From IMG/VR virus record IMGVR_UViG_3300002138_000073, positions 5,295 through 69,294 of that record: 64,000 nucleotides of DNA. One strand, 5' to 3'. A program made the position numbers and the translations under genes. Positions 26,480-36,343 of the stretch are shown piece after piece. Source of the stretch: a virus. Position 1 is the first letter of the stretch. Each line of letters starts with the position of its first letter. The notes below the pieces were generated by a model, which was not told the DNA's origin, did not search any database, and saw only the letters and a list, made by a program, of their open reading frames with translations.

Positions 26480-28127
26480 GAAAGTTCTGGTCGGTTCGGA
26501 AGCCTCATACCTAAATACTGGCTATGCCTCATATGGTAGAGAACTCATTAAGAGACTTATCGCCACTGGCAAATATGACGTGGCTGAGATTTCCTGTTAC
26601 GGATCGGCAGATGACGAACGTCGCAAGGAAATCCCATGGAAGAACTATCCAATCGCTCCCAGTAAAAGTGATTCTGATGATGTTAAGAAGCTCTATGGGT
26701 CGAATCCTGCCAACCAATTTGGGGCATGGAGATTTGAGCGAATCTGCTTAGATTTTAAGCCCGATTGCGTGATCATGCAGAAAGATCCATGGATGGACTC
26801 GTGGGTTAAGCATTCTCCATTTCGGCCATTCTTCTCGTGGTTGTGGGCTAGTACTGTAGACAGTGCCCCTCAGAATCCTGAATGGATAAATCAGTTCGCT
26901 GACGCTGACTATTTTTATACCCTATCTGAATGGGCCGAGGGCATAATCAAAGAGCAAGCTGGCGATTCTGTAAATCTGGTTGACTCCGTCACTATGTGTG
27001 CCGCAGACGAATTCAAGCCAGTCCCTAATAAGGTCGCCCATAAGCTCTCCATGGGCCTTGATCCCGACTGGAAGATTATTGGCACCGTCATGAGGAATCA
27101 GAGACGAAAGCTCTTCCCTGACCTATTTGAGGCCTTTGCCCTATATCTTGCGTACACCGGGGATGAAAAGACATATCTCTATTGCCATACATCCTACCCA
27201 GATAATGGATGGGATCTAGCTCAATTGCTGATGAAGTGGGGAATTTCTTCTAGAGTCCTGTTCACCTATACATGCGAACAGTGTGGCAATATCTCAATCA
27301 GCAAGTTCAGCGATAGCATAAAGCAATGCAAAAAGTGCAAGGCGTATGCGGCCAAGCTTGCCAGCGTTAGTAGTGGTGCTACTACTGAGGAATTGGCCAA
27401 GGTGTACAACACATTTGACCTGTATGTACAATACTCAAATAGCGAGGGTATGGGCATCGGCCAGCTAGAAGCAGCAGCATGCGGCGTTCCAATCATGTCA
27501 ACAGACTATTCCGCTATGGAGTCTATCGTAAGGAAGCTTGATGGATATCCAATGCCCCTTAAGACTAAAGTCCTAGAACTAGAGACTGGCTGCTATAGAG
27601 CCATTCCAGACATAGAAGAAGTCGTCAGCTACTGGCGGGAGTTTTTCTCTTTACCGGAAGATGCTAGATTGGCCAAAGGTCACGAAGCTAGATTAGCCTA
27701 TGAGAAGAATTTTGACTGGGACACAGTGGTAGCCAAATGGATGAAGTCGCTGGATGCTTCTCCACCGAGCAAATGGGATGCACATCTGCGACAGGTTAAG
27801 ATCCCCACAAACGAGCAAATTCCCAACTTCAACAATAATAAGTCCTTCTTGGATTGGGCGATTGGAACGTTCCTGCCGCACTCTGATATGATTAACTCCT
27901 TTGAGGCTAACTGCCTCTTGAGGGATCTAAATTTTCAGACATTTAAACCTAACCCATGTGGTTATTTTTATTCAGAGAACTCATATTTTGACAGGGTCAA
28001 TTTTGTTCCCTTCTCGCGTGATAATGTGCTGAATATGCTAAAGGCTAAAGCAGACATTTTTAACTTTTGGGAAAAGGCCAGAGTAGGCAATACCGTACTG
28101 CAAATGGAGGATTGGCTCAGTGATTAG
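26472..28127 (+). CDS. GT-B (GT4-like) glycosyltransferase with Zn-ribbon insert
   Basis: TGYA, RNQRRK, EGMGIGQLEAAACG (Ex7E motif), CEQC...CKKC. Confidence 0.9.
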   Translation: MLKKVLVGSEASYLNTGYASYGRELIKRLIATGKYDVAEISCYGSADDERRKEIPWKNYPIAPSKSDSDDVKKLYGSNPANQFGAWRFERICLDFKPDCVIMQKDPWMDSWVKHSPFRPFFSWLWASTVDSAPQNPEWINQFADADYFYTLSEWAEGIIKEQAGDSVNLVDSVTMCAADEFKPVPNKVAHKLSMGLDPDWKIIGTVMRNQRRKLFPDLFEAFALYLAYTGDEKTYLYCHTSYPDNGWDLAQLLMKWGISSRVLFTYTCEQCGNISISKFSDSIKQCKKCKAYAAKLASVSSGATTEELAKVYNTFDLYVQYSNSEGMGIGQLEAAACGVPIMSTDYSAMESIVRKLDGYPMPLKTKVLELETGCYRAIPDIEEVVSYWREFFSLPEDARLAKGHEARLAYEKNFDWDTVVAKWMKSLDASPPSKWDAHLRQVKIPTNEQIPNFNNNKSFLDWAIGTFLPHSDMINSFEANCLLRDLNFQTFKPNPCGYFYSENSYFDRVNFVPFSRDNVLNMLKAKADIFNFWEKARVGNTVLQMEDWLSD

Positions 28128-28878
28128 TACCACATGTAAAGATTGTGTCTTCAAAGAGATGCACGGCAAGGTCCAGACTGGTTGCTCCTTAGGGATTCTA
28201 GACCGGTTCGAGGAAGCTGGTGCCGAAATAACTCTTCATTGTGACGAGGGTGTCGCCTATAAAAAGGTAGACAGAGTCTGTATGTATCGGAGGCCCGATT
28301 GGGACTGGAACTCGAACATTTATGACGAAGTCTTCATTAGGAGCACAATAGTGGTTCTTCACTCAAGTGGGGACGATCTAAAGGAGACTCTCAAAAGTGT
28401 CGCCGCTCTTGACACTCCCAAGCCCCCTAATGTAGTTGTTGGCCATACTACTGACAACCTATCTGAGATATATAAGACTGGGACTTCGATCATATCGCCT
28501 AAGAGATTCTCTTGCGTTTATATGGTCGAGTCTACCTATGATGGGGCTACCCAAGATGAGGCTTTCAAGAGATGTAAGAACGGCTGGATCTTTTTCGTCA
28601 AATCCGGCACCGTCCTCGACAAAGATACACTTAAGGTCCTCAACCACTCGGTTAACTACACCATGAACAACAATCTAGCCACTACTGGCATAGAATGTTA
28701 TATGGCTCTTGCTTACAAGGTACTTCATGGGCATAGAGGACTCATGCTAGAAACCCTATCTCAAATTCCAAAGGCAGTAATAGGCTGGGACAAACTAAAT
28801 GAAGATTATCGGCTATACATTGAAAGACAATCCACCGAAATCAAGCCCATTCGTCGACGAAGTGGTAAAACTGACTAA
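28120..28878 (+). CDS. Hypothetical protein, Cys-rich N-terminus, possibly a degenerate GT-A fold
   Basis: CKDC...GC; LKETLKSV and AFKRCKNGWIFF resemble GT2 elements. Confidence 0.45.
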   Translation: MISTTCKDCVFKEMHGKVQTGCSLGILDRFEEAGAEITLHCDEGVAYKKVDRVCMYRRPDWDWNSNIYDEVFIRSTIVVLHSSGDDLKETLKSVAALDTPKPPNVVVGHTTDNLSEIYKTGTSIISPKRFSCVYMVESTYDGATQDEAFKRCKNGWIFFVKSGTVLDKDTLKVLNHSVNYTMNNNLATTGIECYMALAYKVLHGHRGLMLETLSQIPKAVIGWDKLNEDYRLYIERQSTEIKPIRRRSGKTD

Positions 28879-29167
28879 GTATTCCGATCTGGATTCTGAT
28901 TATGCCATTGATATCACGGTTGGTTACTTGGCGGAAGATCCACGACCATGGATGGAAGATGCAGGGGCATACTATGGGGATTATTATGACCTAAATGGTA
29001 CTTACTCTCTCCACAGTATGTTCCCGTCTATCAGAACTACTTATCCGGGAATCGTATACAAGACTTCCCTGTTAGTCGACTGCAAGACTGATAACCCACT
29101 ACAGGAGATAGCTAAGCACAGCATCATCTCTTATATCCCCCGCCCAATATTTAAGATGTTTGCATGA
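28799..29167 (+). CDS. Hypothetical protein in the glycosylation cluster
   Basis: ORF overlapping its neighbours. Confidence 0.5.
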   Translation: MKIIGYTLKDNPPKSSPFVDEVVKLTKYSDLDSDYAIDITVGYLAEDPRPWMEDAGAYYGDYYDLNGTYSLHSMFPSIRTTYPGIVYKTSLLVDCKTDNPLQEIAKHSIISYIPRPIFKMFA

Positions 29168-29823
29168 GTACTTACATACTATTGTCAGCAGGATCTGGTA
29201 GAGCGATGCAAACGAAAGGGGCCAAATCCCTTTTATTGCATGATGGCCTGTCCGTAATCGATCATCAGATTAAAACCATTCTGTCTGTAGACAAGAAAGC
29301 AGACATACTCGTCGTTACAGGTGTTGGGCATGACAAGATAGTTAAGCATGTCCATAATAAGCACTACGACATTAGACTTTTGTTCAATTACAACTACAAG
29401 TTGACTAGTCAGACAGAAAGTCTGAGATTGGCTCTAAATGCGGCAAGGTATGATTCCCTATATATCATACATGGAGACATCATCTTTAATGAAATGGCCA
29501 TTTCTGCTAATCCGGCAGAAACCGCAGTCATGCTCGATTGCGGTAAAGAAGATAAGAGGAGTGTTGGGGTTGCCTATAATGGGGACAATTTAATCAACAT
29601 GTCTTACGGCCTAGAAGACAAATGGGCACAGATTGCTCATATATCAAAGAAGGATTCTGTTGTCGCCAAGACAGTTATTAACTCCTTCAAAAACAATAAG
29701 ATGACGTTTGAATATATCAACATGCTTTTGAAGTACATAAAATTCTCCATCCTGTACGACGGAATCAAAACCGTAGAAATCACGAAGAACTATGAAGAGC
29801 TTAGTAATAACCCAAAGAAGTGA
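29164..29823 (+). CDS. Nucleotidyltransferase (LicC/MobA-like)
   Basis: ILLSAGSGRAM...GAKSLL, VVTG, HGDIIF. Confidence 0.8.
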   Translation: MSTYILLSAGSGRAMQTKGAKSLLLHDGLSVIDHQIKTILSVDKKADILVVTGVGHDKIVKHVHNKHYDIRLLFNYNYKLTSQTESLRLALNAARYDSLYIIHGDIIFNEMAISANPAETAVMLDCGKEDKRSVGVAYNGDNLINMSYGLEDKWAQIAHISKKDSVVAKTVINSFKNNKMTFEYINMLLKYIKFSILYDGIKTVEITKNYEELSNNPKK

Positions 29824-30481
29824 TTTCCGGATTCATTCTCTAGTCTCTCCACTTAAGGCGATCATGGAAGTAGGGTTTATCCCTACGCACGACCATGCCT
29901 CTGTAGAGTCTTTTGGTGCCGACCTCATTTTTACTGATGAGATTGGGAAGTATCCAGATGGATTCGACCTGTTACAGATCTCTAAACTAGACCCGTTCAT
30001 AAATCTACTGAGTTACTCTGAGCCTTCTCTATGCAGCAAGTACGAATCAGATATCTCTTACATTGGGCCTGTATCGGACCTCGAATCTTCGATGTTAGAC
30101 CTGTTCAGAATGGGCTATAACGTTAAGAATTTCTACGGGGCTCCATCCCTGCTCCCCTGCTATAGTGGCTCTATCAGTATGAATGACTGCTGGAACGTTT
30201 ACAAGAATGCCAAGGTTAGTCCTGTCCCACGATCCGATATGGGCTATCGAGAGCTAGACATTATCGCTTCTGATGGAAATCCTCTTAAGTACACTCACAG
30301 GGATGAGTTTATCGCTGAGGCCCTCAAGGGCGTATCTGGGAAAAAGTTCAAGGTAAATACTACTAAGAAAGCCATTTTCGGCCTGAACACCAATTTTGAT
30401 AGACTATCAGCTATAGTAGAGAAAATGGGCTTTTCTGCGATAGCGAAGAAGATCAAACAGGAGAAAGCATGCTTGGTTTAA
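29792..30481 (+). CDS. Divergent glycosyltransferase-like protein
   Basis: SDISYIG and VYKNAKV resemble CgeB/GT-B C-terminal motifs. Confidence 0.45.
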   Translation: MKSLVITQRSDFRIHSLVSPLKAIMEVGFIPTHDHASVESFGADLIFTDEIGKYPDGFDLLQISKLDPFINLLSYSEPSLCSKYESDISYIGPVSDLESSMLDLFRMGYNVKNFYGAPSLLPCYSGSISMNDCWNVYKNAKVSPVPRSDMGYRELDIIASDGNPLKYTHRDEFIAEALKGVSGKKFKVNTTKKAIFGLNTNFDRLSAIVEKMGFSAIAKKIKQEKACLV

Positions 30482-30909
30482 TAGTCTCAGACACAAATTT
30501 TTCTGAAAAATCGTTGATGGTTTTTGAAGAGCTAAACGAGAAAGTGAAAGGGCTTGGAGAGTACTCCTTATTCTATGTAAATCTTAGCTCCCAGATGGCA
30601 CATGCAGATTTTTCCATAATGAATATTACTGAGATAAGTAATGCATGTGGGTGGAAGCTCATCGCGACGTGCCCGATGTCTGCTGATATCCTCAAAAAGG
30701 CGGCAGTAAGAGCCAAAAAGGCGTATTATTTAATGGATCTTGAATTTTTAATGAGGCCGTATGACTTCAATAAGATGTACGAGATTCTGTCTGGCCTGAC
30801 TCTCATTGTTAGATCAGAGTGGCACCAAAAATTCATCAAGAATTTGTTCAATCTAGAATCTCTAGTACTACCGTTTAAACTGGACCTAATATGCAATACG
30901 CTGTCGTAA
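30469..30909 (+). CDS. GT-B N-terminal-like protein
   Basis: LIAT...A...KAYYLMDLE...LIVRS. Confidence 0.45.
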   Translation: MLGLIVSDTNFSEKSLMVFEELNEKVKGLGEYSLFYVNLSSQMAHADFSIMNITEISNACGWKLIATCPMSADILKKAAVRAKKAYYLMDLEFLMRPYDFNKMYEILSGLTLIVRSEWHQKFIKNLFNLESLVLPFKLDLICNTLS

Positions 30910-31697
30910 ATGGAGCAAAGCTCCGTCATGCTTATCTCGAAGAACTCAAATCTGTACCCGTTATCGCAAGAGAAATGGGAACGAACGAAACCAAGATCCG
31001 AAGAGCCCTGAAGTTCTTAGGAGTGGCAATCAGGTCATACGCCGAAGCACAGAGTGTAGCTATCTCCCAAGGGTTGGCAAAGCATCCCACGAAAGGGAAA
31101 AAACTATCTAAGGAAACGATTAATAATATCTCCGCAAAGAGATCACAAGCTTGGATTGACCTCCCGGAAGAGGACAAGCAGAAGTTCCGAGATGTCAAAA
31201 AGGAACAGTGGAACAATATGACCGAGTCCGCAAAGAGCAATCTAAGATCCGCAGCCTATGCTGCAATTCGAGAATCTGCAGAGATTGGTTCTAAGACCGA
31301 GAGATATGTTTCTGCTGCTCTGGAAGAAGAAGGTTATGGCGTGATCATTCATGCCAGAAATCTCATACAAAGTCAGGCTCTTGAGGTTGACATGTTCGTC
31401 CCTGACCTTAAAACTGCTATTGAGATCGATGGTCCGTCGCATTTCGAGCCGGTCTGGGGAGCGGATCGTTTAAAGAAGCAGCAATCCGCCGACGCCGCTA
31501 AGCAGGGACTGCTACTTAACAACGGATATGTCCTGATGAGAGTAATTCAAAGAGATAAAAGTATGTCTGTTAAAAGAATGAAAGATGTTTTTGACTTAGT
31601 TCTGTCGGAACTAAGAAAAATTGAGGCCGAGTTCCCCCCAATTAGTAAAAGACTCATAGAGCTTGAGGTCAAAGATGGTGTTACTAGGAGACTATAA
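30891..31697 (+). CDS. HTH + NUMOD3-like + Vsr/DUF559-type endonuclease
   Basis: HPTKGKKLSKET, EVDMFVP, AIEIDGPSHF. Confidence 0.75.
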   Translation: MQYAVVNGAKLRHAYLEELKSVPVIAREMGTNETKIRRALKFLGVAIRSYAEAQSVAISQGLAKHPTKGKKLSKETINNISAKRSQAWIDLPEEDKQKFRDVKKEQWNNMTESAKSNLRSAAYAAIRESAEIGSKTERYVSAALEEEGYGVIIHARNLIQSQALEVDMFVPDLKTAIEIDGPSHFEPVWGADRLKKQQSADAAKQGLLLNNGYVLMRVIQRDKSMSVKRMKDVFDLVLSELRKIEAEFPPISKRLIELEVKDGVTRRL

Positions 31698-32293
31698 TGC
31701 TTGAACTTATTGGGGAGAAGTTTGGAATCCCAAATAAGAAGGGAAGAAGCATCTTACATATCAGATGCAAATGTATTTGTGGCAAGGTCATGATCCGCCA
31801 GTATTGGAGTGCTCTTAAAAATAGATCTTGTGGTTGTCTGGCGAGGCAAGCAACAAGGGATAGGTTGTCCACGCATGGCCTATCTAAGACTAATACCTAT
31901 ACCATCTGGTACGGTATGATCAGGAGATGTTGTGATAAGAAGCACAAAGACTACAAGAATTATGGCCTTAGGGGAATCTCTGTGTCTGAGGAATGGAGAA
32001 ATTCCTTTGAGACTTTTTTAGCGGACATGGGGGAGAGACCAGAGGGATTATCCTTGGATAGAATTGATGTATTCGGAGATTATTCTAAGGACAATTGCAG
32101 ATGGGCAACCGACAAAGAGCAATGTAGGAATAAGAAAAGTAATAGAATTCTCACGATAGGTGGAGTTTCGAAATCAGCATCGGAATGGGCCGAAGTCGAA
32201 GGTGCTGCTAGCTACCCAAATATCTTATGGCGAGCCAGAAAGGGCTGGAGCGACGAGGACGCGGTTTTTAAGAAAGCTCGTAAAATGAGCTGA
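31697..32293 (+). mobile_element. Free-standing HNH homing endonuclease
   Basis: CKCICG, SCGC, YGLRGI, DMGERP..SLDRID..GDYSKDNCRWAT..Q..N. Confidence 0.85.
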
Positions 32294-32340
32294 TAGATTG
32301 TGGAATTTTACTATAGTATAGTAGACCAAAAGGAAAACGA

Positions 32341-33003
32341 ATGAGTGCTGAAGAAAAGACGATTCCGGATTATCTCTCGCCAGAATGGGACGCTTATGTG
32401 ATGGAGCAATTCGCTCCTCATGAGCTTATGGATGGGCATCCTAACGCTGCAGGGCTCAGAAGGGTTGCTGAACTGCTTCTTGGGCCTATCATTGAGAGCG
32501 GACCAACGCAGGTTTTCCCATCTGAAGGGAATGGCCCTACTCGTGCCACCGTTGTATTTAGTGTTACCTTCGACTGGAACGACACTGGGAAGACAAGAAA
32601 GTATTCTGAAGTTGCCGACGTGTGGCACGGGAACACAGACGCGATGTTCACAGCTTATGCTGTCGCTACTGCTTCAACCAGAGCAGAAGGACGTGCTCTA
32701 AGAAAAGCACTCAAGCTCAGAAAGTGTTCTGCAGAAGAAATTTGTAAGCTGGATGTGGCCAAAATTGTGGCCGAGGAAACCGTTGAGAAGATTTCAAACG
32801 AGCAAGTTAGTTTTATTGATAGCAAGTGTAAGAAGCTTGATATCAGTGTTATCGCTTTCATTAACTCTGGGGAGAAACAGTATCGCAGCATTTACGACGT
32901 GACGAGAGAAACAGCAGCAAAAATGATCAAGAAATTGACAGAGTTCACAAATGACAAAAGCCTAATTGGCGAACCAATTAAGTCTTATACAGAGTGGCGA
33001 TAG
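32341..33003 (+). CDS. Single-strand annealing protein (Rad52/Erf-like)
   Basis: GLRRVA, ATASTRAEGRALRKAL, C-terminal ISNEQ...I module. Confidence 0.6.
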   Translation: MSAEEKTIPDYLSPEWDAYVMEQFAPHELMDGHPNAAGLRRVAELLLGPIIESGPTQVFPSEGNGPTRATVVFSVTFDWNDTGKTRKYSEVADVWHGNTDAMFTAYAVATASTRAEGRALRKALKLRKCSAEEICKLDVAKIVAEETVEKISNEQVSFIDSKCKKLDISVIAFINSGEKQYRSIYDVTRETAAKMIKKLTEFTNDKSLIGEPIKSYTEWR

Positions 33004-33043
33004 GGCTGTCGCCCTTCCCAATGAATTTTTAGAAGGCGAAGCA

Positions 33044-33643
33044 ATGAGCAGGACTGATACACAAGCATCCAACAAGATCAAGTCACCTATTAAGTACTAC
33101 ATCGAATTCGGTGGTGCTGAAGGTGTTTGGGCCTATTGGGATGGTGAGAAGAATGTGAGGGTCGACGCCCTCGAATTTGTGGTAATGGATGTTCGGTCGT
33201 CGATTGGCGGATGGAGCGATTCAAACAACTGTCGTATTCACTCGAACATCGTGAAGAATGTTCAGGTCCCATTCTCGGTCAAAGCTGGGAAGAACGTAAT
33301 TGTTGAAGGCCTATACAAAGACATTAAGAACGAGATTATCGCTGCTGGTGGTAAGTTCGTGACTAATATCTTTGCCATGGCGAAAATTGACGAAGTCTGG
33401 GCCCCTGTTGACATTCAGTTGTCAGGTGCATGCCTGCGAGACTGGTCAGCCTTCGTAGAAGCTAGTGGCAATATCTTCAAGGTCTATAGTGCTACTGTCA
33501 CAGCCGCTCGTGGCGAACAGCAGAAGAAGGGGTCAGTCAAGTACTACACTCCGACTTTTGTGCTGAATCCACTTGTGGAGGAAGTAGCGGTTGCAGCAGA
33601 TGAGTTCGACAGAGACTTTCTGAAGCCGTATCTGGAGCAGTAG
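33044..33643 (+). CDS. Putative ssDNA-binding protein
   Basis: Aromatic beta-rich OB-like sequence, KKGSVKYYTPTF, adjacent to SSAP. Confidence 0.5.
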   Translation: MSRTDTQASNKIKSPIKYYIEFGGAEGVWAYWDGEKNVRVDALEFVVMDVRSSIGGWSDSNNCRIHSNIVKNVQVPFSVKAGKNVIVEGLYKDIKNEIIAAGGKFVTNIFAMAKIDEVWAPVDIQLSGACLRDWSAFVEASGNIFKVYSATVTAARGEQQKKGSVKYYTPTFVLNPLVEEVAVAADEFDRDFLKPYLEQ

Positions 33644-33670
33644 ATCTAGGGATCTAAATTGATTTTCAAC

Positions 33671-33701
33671 GAAAGGCTGGGATGTCCCGGCCTTTCATTT
33701 T
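33671..33701 (+). terminator. Intrinsic terminator
   Basis: GAAAGGCTGGGA/TCCCGGCCTTTC stem followed by ATTTT. Confidence 0.75.
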
Positions 33702-33714
33702 AGGTGGAGACAAG

Positions 33715-33951
33715 ATGAAATATTACAGACTAATATTCAAGTGCGAAAATGGGACGGCAATGATATCGGACCTTATTGAGCAAACTATAGATGAGGAGAC
33801 CTTCAACAGTATGAATTGGAATAGGCCAATTCTGCGACAGTTTGATGGCAAGCATCTGCACTTCATGTCCCTGCAAAGAGAATATCTAGAAGCTATGGTT
33901 GACGGAATTCAGGCTCTTAAAGAGATCCAAAAATATGATAGACCCGTGTAG
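33715..33951 (+). CDS. Hypothetical protein
   Basis: ATG 33715 after GGAG. Confidence 0.55.
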   Translation: MKYYRLIFKCENGTAMISDLIEQTIDEETFNSMNWNRPILRQFDGKHLHFMSLQREYLEAMVDGIQALKEIQKYDRPV

Positions 33952-34837
33952 TTGTTACCTCGCAGGGTTTTGCGATAGACATCAGAGAGAGAAGACCGCA
34001 AAAGAAATACGCCTATGTAGATCTGATTGGCAGTATCGTGAGTATTATGACAACCTACACTTCAAGTATTCGAAATTAGAGCTAGAGTATTTTGAGGAGT
34101 ACAAATGTGATGATCTGGATACGTCTAGGGTCAGCATAGCCGTCTTGGGCCATTGTGAACAACAATTTGTAGACATCAAGGAAAGAAATTATCTCAATCG
34201 TATATTCTTGCAGGATTTAGACTTGGGCAATAGCTCTAAGTTTCAAAGGAATGAATCGGCAGAGGCCAGAGCCTTTTTGTGCCCAACCCTATTCGATGCT
34301 TCATATGAGTATGTAGGAGTTGTAACTGCTTCTTGGAACTATAAATATTCTGGGACAAACAATATAGATGAATTCCATAAGTGGCCATCGGCACATGCTT
34401 TGATTAACTCTGGCAGAGACGACATAATCCTTTGTGCAAATACCTATGACTTTGATGCCATCACTACGCTGTCCAATATCCTCAGATACAAAGATATGGA
34501 CAGGATACCTTCCTATCTTTCGCAGATATCACAAGGGCAAATCGGCAAAAGGGGAATTTTATCTAACCAAATCATATGTCATAGATCTATTTATGAAAAC
34601 CTATGCAACTTTTTAAGACCTCATCTAGAGTTTATATATGATTATTGCGAAGATAATAAGTGGGATTGTTCTACGCTGAAATCCACCAATGACAGAATTA
34701 TTGGTTTTTTCTGCGAACAACTTACATGTCTTTGGACTATTGGCCAAAACTATACGATCATAGAGAACGAAAAAACTCAACAGGGCTGGTACTCGGAGCA
34801 AAAAGTTCTCAGCAGAGAAAAACACATATATGTATGA
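33935..34837 (+). CDS. Putative glycosyltransferase (DUF4422-like) with N-terminal Cys/His domain
   Basis: NQIICHRSIYENLC and RIIGFFCEQL resemble DUF4422 motifs; adjacent to glf. Confidence 0.5.
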   Translation: MIDPCSCYLAGFCDRHQREKTAKEIRLCRSDWQYREYYDNLHFKYSKLELEYFEEYKCDDLDTSRVSIAVLGHCEQQFVDIKERNYLNRIFLQDLDLGNSSKFQRNESAEARAFLCPTLFDASYEYVGVVTASWNYKYSGTNNIDEFHKWPSAHALINSGRDDIILCANTYDFDAITTLSNILRYKDMDRIPSYLSQISQGQIGKRGILSNQIICHRSIYENLCNFLRPHLEFIYDYCEDNKWDCSTLKSTNDRIIGFFCEQLTCLWTIGQNYTIIENEKTQQGWYSEQKVLSREKHIYV

Positions 34838-35918
34838 CTATCTCATAGTAGGAGCTGGCTTATTCGGGGCCACTTTTGCTAGGATAATGACAGACGCGGG
34901 TAAGTCATGCCTCGTGATAGACGAGAGAGATCATATTGGCGGTAACTGCTTCTCACACAATATGTCGGGCATTGAGGTCCATAAATATGGGCCTCATATC
35001 TTTCACACCAATAGTGATATGGTTTGGAAGTTTGTCAACAGGTTCTGTGAGTTCAATACATTCACATATCGCCCAAAATCAATGTATAACGGGAAGATCT
35101 ACTCATTCCCTATCAACCTTCTCACCATGCACCAACTGTGGGGCGTAACGACTCCGGAAGAAGCAGTAGAGAAGGTGAATTCTCTCAAGATCCCCGACGA
35201 CAATCAGAATATCAAAGGGTGGGTCTTAAGCAATTTCGGTAAAGAGATATATGATAAGTTCGTGTATCATTATACCCTCAAGCAATGGGGCAGAGATCCG
35301 GAGCTATTGCCCTCCTCAATCATCAAGAGAATACCATTCAGGTACACCTTCAACGATCGCTACTTCTCTGCCAAATATGAGGGAATACCGATCAATGGCT
35401 ATACCAGCATGATTCAGAATATTCTAGATGGCATAGAGGTGCGTCTTGGAGTCGAATACTTGGCGGGCCGAAAGAATCTAGACAGGCTCGCCCATCGAGT
35501 GGTCTATACTGGGCCAATAGATAAGTTCTTCGACTATTCTCTCGGTAGGCTAGAATGGAGGAGTCTCTCATTTGACTTTACTGAATATCAGACCAAAGAC
35601 TACCAAGGAGTTGCAGCTATCAACTACAACGATAGTACTCCTTACACCCGGTCGGTGGAATACAAGCATTTCACAGGAGTTAAGACTTCTTCTACTATCG
35701 TTAGCAGAGAAACCTCTGATTCTTTTGGGAGCCCCTCCTATCCGATCCGAGATGAGAAGAATTTAAAATTGCTAGCCCAATACAGGTCCATGATTGACAA
35801 CAAATTCATCTTTGGCGGCAGATTAGCAGAATTTATGTATTACGATATGGATCAGACTATTGCTTCAGCAATCACCATCTGCCGATTGGGCATGACGAAG
35901 TCTTCCACTCTGTTTTAG
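34830..35918 (+). CDS. glf: UDP-galactopyranose mutase
   Basis: IVGAGLFG, HIGGNC, HKYGPHIFHT, YTLKQWG, GGRLAEFMYYDMDQ. Confidence 0.96.
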   Translation: MYDYLIVGAGLFGATFARIMTDAGKSCLVIDERDHIGGNCFSHNMSGIEVHKYGPHIFHTNSDMVWKFVNRFCEFNTFTYRPKSMYNGKIYSFPINLLTMHQLWGVTTPEEAVEKVNSLKIPDDNQNIKGWVLSNFGKEIYDKFVYHYTLKQWGRDPELLPSSIIKRIPFRYTFNDRYFSAKYEGIPINGYTSMIQNILDGIEVRLGVEYLAGRKNLDRLAHRVVYTGPIDKFFDYSLGRLEWRSLSFDFTEYQTKDYQGVAAINYNDSTPYTRSVEYKHFTGVKTSSTIVSRETSDSFGSPSYPIRDEKNLKLLAQYRSMIDNKFIFGGRLAEFMYYDMDQTIASAITICRLGMTKSSTLF

Positions 35919-36327
35919 TATTCAGATAGCACCCGCAAGCAGAACATCTGGTTGTCTCTTTGACGAACTTATCGCAGCCATAGCATATATCCAGCCTCGC
36001 CTGCTTCTCTTCTGGAGAGACATTCATTCCTCCACTAAGAGCATGCTTGGTGGCAGATTTGGCCAAATTAGCCGCCTGAGTGAATAGGTTCGGCATCTTC
36101 TGGGGCTGAGCGACCTGTGGAGTCTGGGGAGGTGATTCTTGGGCCACTTCCTTTTTACCGCACTGCGATTGGTCTTGCCCCGGACCCATGCATTTCTCCC
36201 ATGCGTTAAAATAACCCACATGGTTTTGACATAGCTTGTGCCAGTGTGGAGTTTTCTCTACATTGTGTCGCGAACAGTGGCCCGCCAATGGGCAGGTACA
36301 TCCTGTCTTTGGTGTTTCCTCGGTCAT
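35872..36327 (-). CDS. Cys-rich protein (DUF6171-like C-terminus), putative tail-fibre partner
   Basis: RLDICYGC...RCSACGC...K......CPIGRW; N-terminal CxC..GxCxRH domain. Confidence 0.7.
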   Translation of the reverse strand: MTEETPKTGCTCPLAGHCSRHNVEKTPHWHKLCQNHVGYFNAWEKCMGPGQDQSQCGKKEVAQESPPQTPQVAQPQKMPNLFTQAANLAKSATKHALSGGMNVSPEEKQARLDICYGCDKFVKETTRCSACGCYLNTKTEWKTSSCPIGRW

Positions 36328-36343
36328 AAATTCCTCATACTTC

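Noticed and set aside
32290-32322. Possible sigma70 promoter upstream of the SSAP gene
   Set aside because: TATAGT is present but there is no well-spaced -35 element
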